In this document: positions 17,110-25,947 of the stretch, piece by piece | How the letters are laid out: each line of letters begins with the position of its first letter | How positions within the stretch are numbered: position 1 is the stretch's first letter | Virus record (IMG/VR): IMGVR_UViG_3300037742_000058 | Location: 1-43,269 of that record | DNA: 43,269 bases | DNA from: a virus | Lineage: Duplodnaviria > Caudoviricetes | Strand: one strand, 5' to 3' | Translations under genes and position numbers: made by a program | Notes under the pieces: model-generated | Database searches by the model: none | What the model was told of the DNA's origin: nothing | The model's input: the letters and a program-made list of their open reading frames with translations, nothing else

Positions 17110-18390
17110 ATGGCCAATGCATTCAACAAAGAAGAGAAGGTTGCTTTCGAGCAAATTCTCGAGGGGTTCGAGGACGGCTTGGTGCTGTCCAAGAACGTGA
17201 CCGTTAATTCGGTCGGTAGCGATCAGGACATGGAGCGCTCGAGCGACGTCGTTTGGCGCCCGCAGCCGTACATCGCCCAGTCGTTCAGCGGTACGGACAT
17301 GACCGCGAACTTCAAGGATCAGACGCAGCTGTCGGTGCCGACCACGATTGGCTATCAGCGTAGTTCCCCATGGGCGATGACGGCCAAGCAGTTGCGCGAC
17401 GCGTTGCAGAACAAGAGCCTCGGCAAGGCTGCCGCGCAGAAGCTGGCCAGCGACATTAATGTTGCCGTTCAGAACATCGCATGTCTGCAGGGCACTCTCG
17501 TCGTGACCCGCACCGCTGCCGCCACTGGTTTTGACGACGTGGCCCGCGCCGAGCAGTTGTTCAACGAGCAGGGCGTGCAACACGGGGACCGCTACCTCGC
17601 GCTCAGCACTGGCACGTACAACGGCATGGCCGGCAACCTCGCGAGCCGCCAGCTCGACAACAGCAAGTCGCTGACTGCTTACGAGCGCGCATTCGTGGGC
17701 GACATCGCAAGCTTCAAAACTTGGAAACTCGATTACGCTAACCGCATCGCTGTAGCCGGTGGTACCGCCACGATCGACACGACCGTAGCCGGCGCTCAGT
17801 TCTACACCCCGCGTGCAACCAGCACAGCCAGCACCGGTCAGACCAGCAATGTCGACAATCGCTATCAGACTGTCACGGTTAGCAGCACCACGAGTGTGGT
17901 TGCAGGCGACTGCTTCACGATCGCGGACTGCTACGCTGTGCATCACATCACCAAGGGCGCGACTGCAAACCTGAAGACGTTCCGCGTCATCAGCGTGGAC
18001 AGTGCGACCACGATGACCGTCAGCCCACCGATCATTAGCGGTCAGGGTGCGACGGATGCGGAGTTGCAGTACCAGAACTGCAGCCTGTCGGCCACCTCGG
18101 CGACTGCTACCATCACGTTCCTGAACACGGACGCTGCCGATATCAATCCATTCTGGCACCGGGATGCGATCGAGCTCACCCCGAGCCGCGACGGCCCGAT
18201 CGACCAAGGTGCCGGCGTGTCGGTCATGCGTGCCACCACGGAACAAGGCATCGACGTTTTGTGGTTGAAGTGGTTCGACGGCACGGTCAAGAAGATGTTC
18301 TATCGCGCGGACATCTCGTTCGGCGTGACTCTGCTGCAGCCGGAGATGGCTGGCATCATGCTGTTCGGCCAGAACGCCGCGACTCCGTAA
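17110..18390 (+). CDS. Major capsid protein (P22 coat gp5 family)
   Basis: MANAFNKEE.VAFE..LEGF.D.LV.S, WRPQPYIA, ..LRDALQ, QPEMAGI.LFGQ; GAGG RBS. Confidence 0.9.
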   Translation: MANAFNKEEKVAFEQILEGFEDGLVLSKNVTVNSVGSDQDMERSSDVVWRPQPYIAQSFSGTDMTANFKDQTQLSVPTTIGYQRSSPWAMTAKQLRDALQNKSLGKAAAQKLASDINVAVQNIACLQGTLVVTRTAAATGFDDVARAEQLFNEQGVQHGDRYLALSTGTYNGMAGNLASRQLDNSKSLTAYERAFVGDIASFKTWKLDYANRIAVAGGTATIDTTVAGAQFYTPRATSTASTGQTSNVDNRYQTVTVSSTTSVVAGDCFTIADCYAVHHITKGATANLKTFRVISVDSATTMTVSPPIISGQGATDAELQYQNCSLSATSATATITFLNTDAADINPFWHRDAIELTPSRDGPIDQGAGVSVMRATTEQGIDVLWLKWFDGTVKKMFYRADISFGVTLLQPEMAGIMLFGQNAATP

Positions 18391-18407
18391 TCCACCCTGA
18401 AGCAACA

Positions 18408-18429
18408 GAGCGGCCCGCGCGGGCCGCTC
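18408..18429. other. Perfect 22-bp GC palindrome after the capsid gene (mRNA-stabilising or attenuating hairpin)
   Basis: gagcggcccgc|gcgggccgctc; no U-tract follows. Confidence 0.55.
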
Positions 18430-18451
18430 CACTCTCGAAGGAACCATCGCA

Positions 18452-19126
18452 ATGTCAGTCAACGTGAATGTCATTTACGCTCAGGGAACCGTGGACGTCA
18501 GCGTCCCCGCCTCTGAGAAAATCGCCGTCTACACAGACGGTTCGGCCCGAGTCTCCAGCGTGCTCGGGTACCCCAACTTCCCTTCCACCGTGAACGATCT
18601 GGGCGAGGTCGAGAACGAGCAGACTGTTTTCGGCACGTTCTCATCGACCGCGGCCACCACGATCCGAATCGAAGCTACGAGCGGCGCACCGGTCTCTTAC
18701 GTCGTCGGCACTGCACCGGTTGTGCCGGTCTTGCAGAGCGTCGGCCCGAATCGTCCGGTGAACTTGTACCGCACGAACGCTCCCGTGACCGCCACGGACA
18801 CAGCGTCCCTGACCGACGCGCAGATGCTGTCCGGTCTCATCGTCGCCACGCCGACGGCGGCTGCGGCATACACTGTGCGCACCGGGACTCAACTGAAGGC
18901 GGCTCTACCCGCTGGCTTGGCTGCAGGCGACACCTTCAACCTGACCATCATCAATCTCGGCGGCACGGGCGATGACATCACCCTCACCGCGGCCACGGAT
19001 ATCACGATCGTGGGTAACGCGGTGGTCGGCCCGACCGCAGACGTCGCCACGGAGCAAGAAGCGCAAGCCACTTTCGCGTTCCGCTACGTCACCGGCGTGA
19101 CGTTCGTGGCGTACCGCATCGCCTAG
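18452..19126 (+). CDS. Putative capsid decoration/virion protein
   Basis: Thr/Ala/Val-rich beta-type protein directly after the coat gene; GAAGGA RBS. Confidence 0.6.
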   Translation: MSVNVNVIYAQGTVDVSVPASEKIAVYTDGSARVSSVLGYPNFPSTVNDLGEVENEQTVFGTFSSTAATTIRIEATSGAPVSYVVGTAPVVPVLQSVGPNRPVNLYRTNAPVTATDTASLTDAQMLSGLIVATPTAAAAYTVRTGTQLKAALPAGLAAGDTFNLTIINLGGTGDDITLTAATDITIVGNAVVGPTADVATEQEAQATFAFRYVTGVTFVAYRIA

Positions 19127-19127
19127 T

Positions 19128-19156
19128 TTGCAATTTGCTGCATCGCAGCGTACGAT
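19128..19156 (+). promoter_or_regulatory. Promoter TTGCAA-N17-TACGAT for acb2 and downstream genes
   Basis: Hexamers with a 17-nt spacer. Confidence 0.6.
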
Positions 19157-19184
19157 GGGGGCCAAATCGGCCCCCATTTTCTTT
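19155..19184 (+). terminator. Intrinsic terminator of the capsid transcript
   Basis: atgggggcc-aaatc-ggcccccat followed by tttcttt. Confidence 0.8.
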
Positions 19185-19200
19185 GCGGAGACTCTCACGC

Positions 19201-19425
19201 GTGGACAATCAACACCGCCAGATCAAAGGCTACCGCGATTTGTCACAGGAAGAGATCGACCTGATGAACGAAGTCAAGGCCAAAGGCGCCGAACTGGGCG
19301 AATTGGTTGCCAAGTTGCGGGCGACGCAAGGGCTCGATCAGCGATGGGTGAGCATCGGTGCGACCGATCTGCAAACCGGACTGATGGCGTTGACCCGCGG
19401 CATCGCGCGGCCAACATTCTTCTGA
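19201..19425 (+). CDS. acb2: Anti-CBASS protein Acb2 (cyclic-nucleotide sponge), short 74-aa form
   Basis: MDNQHRQIKGYRDLSQEEIDLMNEVK...RW.SIG.TDLQTG.MAL.R.IA.P..F closely matches the Acb2 termini as I recall them; GTG start with GGAG RBS. Confidence 0.85.
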   Translation: MDNQHRQIKGYRDLSQEEIDLMNEVKAKGAELGELVAKLRATQGLDQRWVSIGATDLQTGLMALTRGIARPTFF

Positions 19426-19432
19426 GCGCGGA

Positions 19433-19903
19433 ATGAGTAAGACCCGCCGCGAACTGATCACTGGCGCATACGGTGAGCTCGGCATTTCGAACGAGTTCGA
19501 CGTGTCGCCGGACGAGCTGACGGGCGCCGTCACGCGCTTGAACAGCCTTATGTCCACGTGGAACGCGCGCAACCTGCGGGTAGGCTACTCCCCAGGGACC
19601 GGGTTGGACGAGCCTACAGGCATCGTGGACGCTGCGGATGACGCCGTGACCCTGAATCTGGCGATCCGCTTGGCGCCGTCGGTAGGCAAAGTACCGCACC
19701 CCTCACTGGTGGTCGACGCGCGCCGCGCCTACCTGGCGCTGCTGACGCAGCGCGTTAAGCTGATACCGGTGCAACTGCCTGCCGAAATGCCGTCTGGCGC
19801 CGGCAACCGCCGGTACAGCGATCGGGTGTTTGTTGTAAGCCCGTCCGACCCGGTGGAAACCGGCAGCGGCGGCACAATTGACGGAGTGGACGTTACCTTA
19901 TGA
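19433..19903 (+). CDS. Head-to-tail adaptor (P22 gp4-like)
   Basis: A..ELG, L...M..W, NLAIRLAP..GK, MPSGAGN signatures. Confidence 0.8.
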   Translation: MSKTRRELITGAYGELGISNEFDVSPDELTGAVTRLNSLMSTWNARNLRVGYSPGTGLDEPTGIVDAADDAVTLNLAIRLAPSVGKVPHPSLVVDARRAYLALLTQRVKLIPVQLPAEMPSGAGNRRYSDRVFVVSPSDPVETGSGGTIDGVDVTL

Positions 19904-20376
19904 CTCGTATCATCGACCTGACGGCCCTCGAGTCGCTCACCGCGGCCGACAACATCCTCGTGTACAGCTCGGCGAACGGCGACGCGCGGCGCGTGCCGGC
20001 CAGCGTGCTGCTCGATTACGTGGAGGGCAATATTTCCCTGAGCGGAACCGATTTTGCGACGCAGTATTCAGCCCCAGCCACCGGCGCGACGGTTACCGTG
20101 GGGTCCACGTCGAGCGACGCGGACGGTTCCGAGAACGTGCACCTCATTCTCACGCCGGCCGGCACCCTTTCGACGCTGACAATCAAGCTCCCGCTGTCCA
20201 CATCGTTGGTTGACAAGCAGGAAATCTTGATCAACTGCACGCAAATCGTAACCACGCTGTCGTGGGACGACAACGGTGCTTCCGACATTGTCGGAGAGCC
20301 CACCACGCTGGCGGCGAATGCGTTCTTGCGGCTGAAATACGATTCTGTGACGCAGAACTGGTACCGGGTGGGCTAA
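19900..20376 (+). CDS. Virion structural protein
   Basis: In the tail operon; L.LTPAGTL.TLTI.LP...WYRVG pattern seen in P22-like environmental phages. Confidence 0.6.
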   Translation: MTRIIDLTALESLTAADNILVYSSANGDARRVPASVLLDYVEGNISLSGTDFATQYSAPATGATVTVGSTSSDADGSENVHLILTPAGTLSTLTIKLPLSTSLVDKQEILINCTQIVTTLSWDDNGASDIVGEPTTLAANAFLRLKYDSVTQNWYRVG

Positions 20377-20379
20377 ACT

Positions 20380-21825
20380 GTGACGCAAGTCTCAGTGCTG
20401 AGTGGGCTTGGAACCGATGAACGGGGCGACCTGCGCACGTCGTACCCCGTCAACCTGATTCCCGTGCCCTACGAGAACGAATTGAGCCGCGGGTACCTGC
20501 GGCCGGCCGAGGGCATCGTGGAGCAGGCCGCAGGTACCGCGCCGGGCGTCGACCGCGGCGGGCACGTGTGGAACGGCGAGGCGTACCGTGTGCTCGGCAC
20601 GTCTTTTTGCCGCATTAGCGCGGGCGGCGTCGTAACCGTGTTGGGGACTGTTGCCAATGACGGGTTAAGGGCACAGTTCGACAACTCGTTTGACAAACTT
20701 GCCATTGCCAGCGGCGGTACTCTGTTCTACTGGGACGGCGCGACGCTGACCACCGTGACGGACACGGACCTCGGCCGCGCGAACGATGTGCTGTTCGTCG
20801 ACGGGTATTTCATGACGACCGATGGTACCAGTCTGGTCGTCACGGAGCTTAACGACCCGTTCGCCGTCGATCCGCTCAAGTACGGAAGCGCCGAGCAGGA
20901 CCCCGACCGGGTGCAAGCGGTCCTCAAAGTACGCAACGAACCGGTGGCGGTGGGTCGCTTTACGCTGGAATTTCTCACCAACGTCGGGGGCGACGGCTTT
21001 CCGTTCCAGCGCGTCGACGGCGCGCTGGTGAAAAAGGGCGCGATCGGAACCAACGCATGCTGCGTCCACTCTACGGAGTCGGGTGATGCTGTTGCGTTCG
21101 TCGGCAGCGGGAAGAACGAGGGGCGCGGCGAGCCGCCGAGCGTCTACGTGGGCGTCAACGGCTCGGTCGGTCGCATTGCAACGCAAGAAATCGATACCAT
21201 CCTCCAAGGGTACACAGAGGGCGTCCTGGCCGCGGAATGTGTCGTGGAGTCCCGCGTGGAGCGCGGTCACGAATGGATCTACGTGCACCTGCCCGACCGC
21301 ACGCTGGTGTACGACAACGCCACGTCGCGCGCGGTAGGCGAGCCGGTGTGGTTCGTGCTGACCACCACGCTGGACAGCACGACGTTCGCCCAGTACGCAG
21401 CCCGCAGTTTCCTGTGGTGCTACGACAAATGGCTATGTGCCGACCCGACCAGTGCGCACATTGGGTACATGACGCGCGAGGTAGGCGAGCACTACGGAGA
21501 CAAGGTGTGGTGGGGATTCGATACAGCGCTGTTGCACAACCGGACGCGCGGCGGGCAGATTAATGAACTTGAGCTCGTGGCGCTCAACGGACGCGTTGCG
21601 CTCGACGCGGACCCGATCATATCCACGCAGCACAGCATTGACGGGTTGACGTGGAGTAATGAGCGGCAGATCTACAGCGGCAGACGCGGGCAACGTAACA
21701 AACGTCTCGCGTGGCGCCAGCTGGGCAATTGGAGGTCCTACCGGATACAGCGTTTCCGCGGGGACACGCAGTCGTTTCTATCATTCCTGTGTCTCGAGGT
21801 CACGGCCGAAGGGCTGACGTTCTGA
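20380..21825 (+). CDS. Packaged-DNA stabilisation/tail hub protein (P22 gp10-like)
   Basis: SYPVNL.P, GYLRPAEG, DRGG, DGYF, YGSAEQDPD, DG.TWS.E, W...G; size and position fit. Confidence 0.85.
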   Translation: MTQVSVLSGLGTDERGDLRTSYPVNLIPVPYENELSRGYLRPAEGIVEQAAGTAPGVDRGGHVWNGEAYRVLGTSFCRISAGGVVTVLGTVANDGLRAQFDNSFDKLAIASGGTLFYWDGATLTTVTDTDLGRANDVLFVDGYFMTTDGTSLVVTELNDPFAVDPLKYGSAEQDPDRVQAVLKVRNEPVAVGRFTLEFLTNVGGDGFPFQRVDGALVKKGAIGTNACCVHSTESGDAVAFVGSGKNEGRGEPPSVYVGVNGSVGRIATQEIDTILQGYTEGVLAAECVVESRVERGHEWIYVHLPDRTLVYDNATSRAVGEPVWFVLTTTLDSTTFAQYAARSFLWCYDKWLCADPTSAHIGYMTREVGEHYGDKVWWGFDTALLHNRTRGGQINELELVALNGRVALDADPIISTQHSIDGLTWSNERQIYSGRRGQRNKRLAWRQLGNWRSYRIQRFRGDTQSFLSFLCLEVTAEGLTF

Positions 21826-21827
21826 CC

Positions 21828-23126
21828 ATGGCTGACGCACCACGCCCGCTGACCCGGCAGCAGCTCTCCGCGTTCATCAAGGACCACCAGGCGCTCCGCA
21901 CTATGGAGCGCATGTCGCAGGTATCCCTTGTGGACACCCCGGCGGACATGGCGGATGTGTCGGCGGCAATCAGTAGTATCAACGCGGCGATTGCGGTCAT
22001 CAACGCAGCGCTCGTGTCGGTCAACGCGTTGGTTGCGGCCCTGACCGAAGTGGTGGACGACAATTTGGACCTTACGTCCACGGTGGACTCACGCGTAAAC
22101 GAAGCGCAGGCCCTCGCTGTGCGTATGGATGACGCCTTGCTCGCACCGCCCGCACGCGAGCCGATCGAAACTGACAATCTGCTGCCTCCGCCGGTTCCCC
22201 TCACCGCCGGCACGCTCGTCGCGACACTCGGCAGCTCGCTCGGCGCGAACCCGACGGGCGCCATCGGGCTGACGGCTGTCAACGGGGCGCTGAACACCTT
22301 CATACGATCAGACGGCGCGCCAGCCCTGTCGCAGGCAATCGCCCCCACGTGGACGGCGCTCCATACGTTTACCCTATCCGGCAGCATGGCATCGCCAAGC
22401 ATGCTGGTCTCGTCTGCGAGCCCATTCTGGGTGATAGACGAAACAGACCAAGCCGCCGACGAAAAGCGGTGGGGCATCGGCCTGTCCGCCAAGACCATGC
22501 AGCGGCGCAGCTCTACCGACAACGGCAGTGCGAGCATCGTGTGGGAAACAGTCACGCGCGGTACCGGTACGGCGATCAGCAACATCGCGTGGGGGGACAC
22601 CACGAATAACAACTCGTACACATTCGGCTCCACCGGTCCAGCGACTTTCAGCGGCCAGATACTGGGCGCGTCGCTACGGCCGACTGGCTCCACGGTTCCG
22701 GCAAACGGTATTTATCTGCCGGCGGCCAATACCGTAGGCCTCGCCGCAAACGGCGCGCTGACGGCGCGCTATACGGGCACGACGTTCGAGACGGTCATGC
22801 AGACGCTATTCAGCGGCGTGACAACCCCGGCGCAGTTCACCGCGAACCAGAATGACTTCGCCATCGGGAACGTGACGGTGCTGCGGGCCAGCACCGATGC
22901 GAGCCGCGACCTGACCGGCATTGCGGGCGGTGTTACCGGCCGGTTTCTGCTGATCATCAACGTGGGCGCGCAACCGCTCGTGATCGTGAATGACGCCACC
23001 AGCACAGCGGCGAACCGTTTCCTGCTGGCCAGCGGCACCAATACGACCATTTCGGCCGGAGGCGCCGCATTGTTCTGGTATGACGGCACATCTAGCCGAT
23101 GGCGGAACGCAGACCGTCTGGTGTAG
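21828..23126 (+). CDS. Tail needle/fibre-like protein
   Basis: N-terminal coiled coil followed by Thr/Gly/Ser-rich fibre-like domains; lies after the gp10-like gene. Confidence 0.65.
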   Translation: MADAPRPLTRQQLSAFIKDHQALRTMERMSQVSLVDTPADMADVSAAISSINAAIAVINAALVSVNALVAALTEVVDDNLDLTSTVDSRVNEAQALAVRMDDALLAPPAREPIETDNLLPPPVPLTAGTLVATLGSSLGANPTGAIGLTAVNGALNTFIRSDGAPALSQAIAPTWTALHTFTLSGSMASPSMLVSSASPFWVIDETDQAADEKRWGIGLSAKTMQRRSSTDNGSASIVWETVTRGTGTAISNIAWGDTTNNNSYTFGSTGPATFSGQILGASLRPTGSTVPANGIYLPAANTVGLAANGALTARYTGTTFETVMQTLFSGVTTPAQFTANQNDFAIGNVTVLRASTDASRDLTGIAGGVTGRFLLIINVGAQPLVIVNDATSTAANRFLLASGTNTTISAGGAALFWYDGTSSRWRNADRLV

Positions 23127-23137
23127 TGCGCCTGCTC

Positions 23138-23189
23138 TTGTGCATCGCACCATATTCGGCTAGTATCAGGACTCCCGTGACCGGAGTCC
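23138..23189 (+). promoter_or_regulatory. Promoter TTGTGC-N17-TAGTAT followed by an RBS-occluding hairpin
   Basis: Hexamers at 23138-23143 and 23161-23166; the hairpin ggactcc-N7-ggagtcc contains the GGAG. Confidence 0.5.
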
Positions 23190-23192
23190 CGC

Positions 23193-23525
23193 GTGGCCGT
23201 ATTAGTCCGCAGTCTATTCGACGGCAAGTTCGCCGAGAACGCGCAGACCACGCAGTACACCTCGTCTGCGGTCAAGACCATTGTCGATAAGTTCACCGTT
23301 ACGAACGCCACCGGCAGCGCCGCAACTTTCGCGCTCAACCTTGTGCCGTCTGGCGGTGCCGCGGGTACCAGTAACCTGCTGATCAGCCGGACCATTCAGC
23401 CCGCCGAGACGTACCTTTGCCCCGAAGTGGTGGGTCATATCCTGGACGCAGGCGATTTCCTGTCCACGCTGGCCGGGACCGCAACCGCGCTGTCCATCCA
23501 AGCCAGCGGCCGGACGGTGACCTGA
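23193..23525 (+). CDS. Small virion-associated protein
   Basis: 110 aa, beta-rich, in the tail operon. Confidence 0.7.
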   Translation: MAVLVRSLFDGKFAENAQTTQYTSSAVKTIVDKFTVTNATGSAATFALNLVPSGGAAGTSNLLISRTIQPAETYLCPEVVGHILDAGDFLSTLAGTATALSIQASGRTVT

Positions 23526-23929
23526 TGCAACTCGCGCTCGCAATTGATGGTGAGCTGCCAGCGCCGGTCGAGATCCGTTACGACGTCATCGAGCGGGCAA
23601 TGCTTACGTTGCCGCAAGTGCCGACGCCCACCACGCATCATTTTGGCCCGGGCACCTACCTGCGTCAGATGTTCGCCGCTGCCGACACGTTGGTGCTGGG
23701 CAAGGAACACCGCGGTCCGTGCATGAACATCATGCTGACCGGCAAGTGCGTACTGATCGACTCGGACGGCTCCACGCGGGAGCTGAGTGCACCGCAGATG
23801 TTCGTCTCGCCAGCCGGTCGTAAGCTCGCGTATGTCGTCGAGGACATGACCTGGGTGAACATTTGGGCCACCGACCAAACCGACATCGACGCGCTCGAGC
23901 GCGACCTATTCGTGGAGACCCAAGCATGA
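23525..23929 (+). CDS. Hypothetical protein, possible cupin-like fold
   Basis: HHFGPG.Y.R, GKEH, FVSPAGRK; TGATG overlap with the upstream gene. Confidence 0.65.
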   Translation: MQLALAIDGELPAPVEIRYDVIERAMLTLPQVPTPTTHHFGPGTYLRQMFAAADTLVLGKEHRGPCMNIMLTGKCVLIDSDGSTRELSAPQMFVSPAGRKLAYVVEDMTWVNIWATDQTDIDALERDLFVETQA

Positions 23930-24633
23930 GCGCCGCAATTGCCGCCGTCGTCGGCAGTGTTGCCGTCGGGGCATTTGCCGCAAACCGCGCATCCAGCGCC
24001 GCCAAAAAGGCTTCCAACGCGCAGTCGCGTTCCGCCGATGCTGGCATTGCCGAGCAGCAGCGCCAGTTCGACGAGATCCAAAAACTACTTGCCCCCTACG
24101 TCAAGGGCGGCACCGACGCCACGGAGCTACAGCGTGCGTTTCTCGGCCTCGCCGGGCCGGGCGCGGAGCAGGCCGCGATCGAAGGGGTGCGAGCTGGCCC
24201 ACAGTTTCAAGCCGCTGCGAGGGAGGGCGAAAACGCCATCCTGCAGAACGCGGCGGCCACCGGTGGCCTACGCGGCGGCAACGTGCAGGCGTCACTCGCC
24301 AAATTCCGCCCCAATTTGCTGAACCAGGTCATCGCGCAACGGTTTGCCGGCTTGGATGCACTTGCCGGTCGCGGTCAGGCCAGCGCGGCCGGGCAGGCGG
24401 CGGCCGGGCAGAACAGTGCCAACGCCATCGCCGGGCTCCTGCAAGACCAAGGGGCTGCGCAGGCAGGCGCAGCACTGGCCCGCGGTAACGCGCAGGCAGG
24501 CTTTGCGGGCACGCTGGCGCAAGCTGGCGCCACGCTGGGCGGCTATTTCCTTAACCGGCCACGCAACCCCGGCGGGATCGTCGGTACATCCCCGGTGCCT
24601 GGCGCTACCCCGCCATTCGTAGGGCCGCAATAA
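23926..24633 (+). CDS. DNA ejection protein (P22 gp7-like)
   Basis: Ala/Gly-rich N-terminus, L.PYV..G, NAAATGGLRGGN. Confidence 0.75.
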   Translation: MSAAIAAVVGSVAVGAFAANRASSAAKKASNAQSRSADAGIAEQQRQFDEIQKLLAPYVKGGTDATELQRAFLGLAGPGAEQAAIEGVRAGPQFQAAAREGENAILQNAAATGGLRGGNVQASLAKFRPNLLNQVIAQRFAGLDALAGRGQASAAGQAAAGQNSANAIAGLLQDQGAAQAGAALARGNAQAGFAGTLAQAGATLGGYFLNRPRNPGGIVGTSPVPGATPPFVGPQ

Positions 24634-25946
24634 TGCCGCAGCCGTATAATTATTCGCTCAACGTGCCGAACCCGGCGCAAGCCATCACGCAGGGTTTGCA
24701 AACCGGCGTGCAACTGGGGGAAGCGCAGGCACAAGCGCGCCAACGTGACGCCCAGTTCGCCGCACAGCAAGCGCAGGTGCAGCGTCGCCAGCAGTTCCAG
24801 CAAGCCATCGTTGGGCTCGGCGGCAACCCGTCTGCCAAACAACTGTCCGGCCTGCTGCTGCAATTCCCGGAGATGTCCGAGTTGTACAAGGAAGGGTACA
24901 CGCGGTTGTCGAGCGAGGAGCAGAAGGAGCGCACCTCACAGGCGTCCACGGTGTATAGCGCCGTGCTCGCGGGCGACAACGATTTGGCCGTGAAGCAACT
25001 GAACGAATATGCGACCGCTTATCGCAACAGCGGGCGCGAAGACGATGCCAAGGCGCTCGAGACGCAGGCCAAGCTCATCGAGTTGCACCCGGAGACCGCG
25101 GAGCGCGGCGTGTCCCTGTTCCTCGCCAATGCGATGGGTCCGGAGAAGTTCGAATCGACGTTTGGCCAGCTGCAGGACCAGCGGCGAAAGACCGCAACCG
25201 AGAAGTCCGACCTGACCATTAAGGAGAAGCAAGCCGAGCAGGAGGTGGTCAAATCTAAGTTCGCCGAGCAGACGGCCGAGTTAGGCCTCAACCTAACCCG
25301 CGAGCAGATCCGTAACTTGTCGCTCGAGCCGGACTTCAAGCGCGCCAACCTGCGCATCTTGACCCTCAATGCGGAGCTGGCGAAAGAGACCAACACGCTC
25401 AAGAAGCAGGAGCTGCAAGGAAAGATCGAAGACGCCAACCTGGCACGTGCCGAGAAGGCTCGCACTCGTATCGCGGATGCACAGACCGGTGCGGCCAGCA
25501 TCGACAGCCTTCTGAACACCGCTGACGAGTTGTTGCAAACTCCCATTGGGGTCGTAAGGAATGCCACGGGACCGTTTGATTCGCGGCTGCTCACCCTCGG
25601 CACCGCTACCGCAAACTTTGAGGCGAAACTCGAAACAATCGACGCGAAGGCGTTCCTGGCACAGATACCGAACTTGAAGGGTCTGGGCGCGCTATCCAAC
25701 GCCGAGGGCGAGCAGCTCCGCAAGTCGCTCACGAATCTGGGACTAAAACAAGGGCAGGAGCAACTCTTCAAGAACCTGCAGGAGGCGCAGCGGCTTATGC
25801 TTATCGCGCGAGAAAATCTCGCGACCCGCTACGGCGTGGAACTTGGCGCGCCCAACACACCTGCTGCCGCGCTCGACCCGGACAGCGACGACGTGAACGC
25901 GCTGGTCCGCGGCGCGCAAACTGGCGGCGCGACGGCGAACTACTGA
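24633..25946 (+). CDS. DNA ejection protein (P22 gp20-like)
   Basis: Gln/Ala-rich helical protein with the KGLGALSNAEG motif; position fits. Confidence 0.7.
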   Translation: MPQPYNYSLNVPNPAQAITQGLQTGVQLGEAQAQARQRDAQFAAQQAQVQRRQQFQQAIVGLGGNPSAKQLSGLLLQFPEMSELYKEGYTRLSSEEQKERTSQASTVYSAVLAGDNDLAVKQLNEYATAYRNSGREDDAKALETQAKLIELHPETAERGVSLFLANAMGPEKFESTFGQLQDQRRKTATEKSDLTIKEKQAEQEVVKSKFAEQTAELGLNLTREQIRNLSLEPDFKRANLRILTLNAELAKETNTLKKQELQGKIEDANLARAEKARTRIADAQTGAASIDSLLNTADELLQTPIGVVRNATGPFDSRLLTLGTATANFEAKLETIDAKAFLAQIPNLKGLGALSNAEGEQLRKSLTNLGLKQGQEQLFKNLQEAQRLMLIARENLATRYGVELGAPNTPAAALDPDSDDVNALVRGAQTGGATANY

Positions 25947-25947
25947 C

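Noticed and set aside
14873-18474. Long minus-strand ORFs (736 aa, 494 aa) and similar ones at 21800-22693 and 39845-41146
   Set aside because: Antisense shadows of well-supported genes in high-GC DNA; no motifs or RBS.
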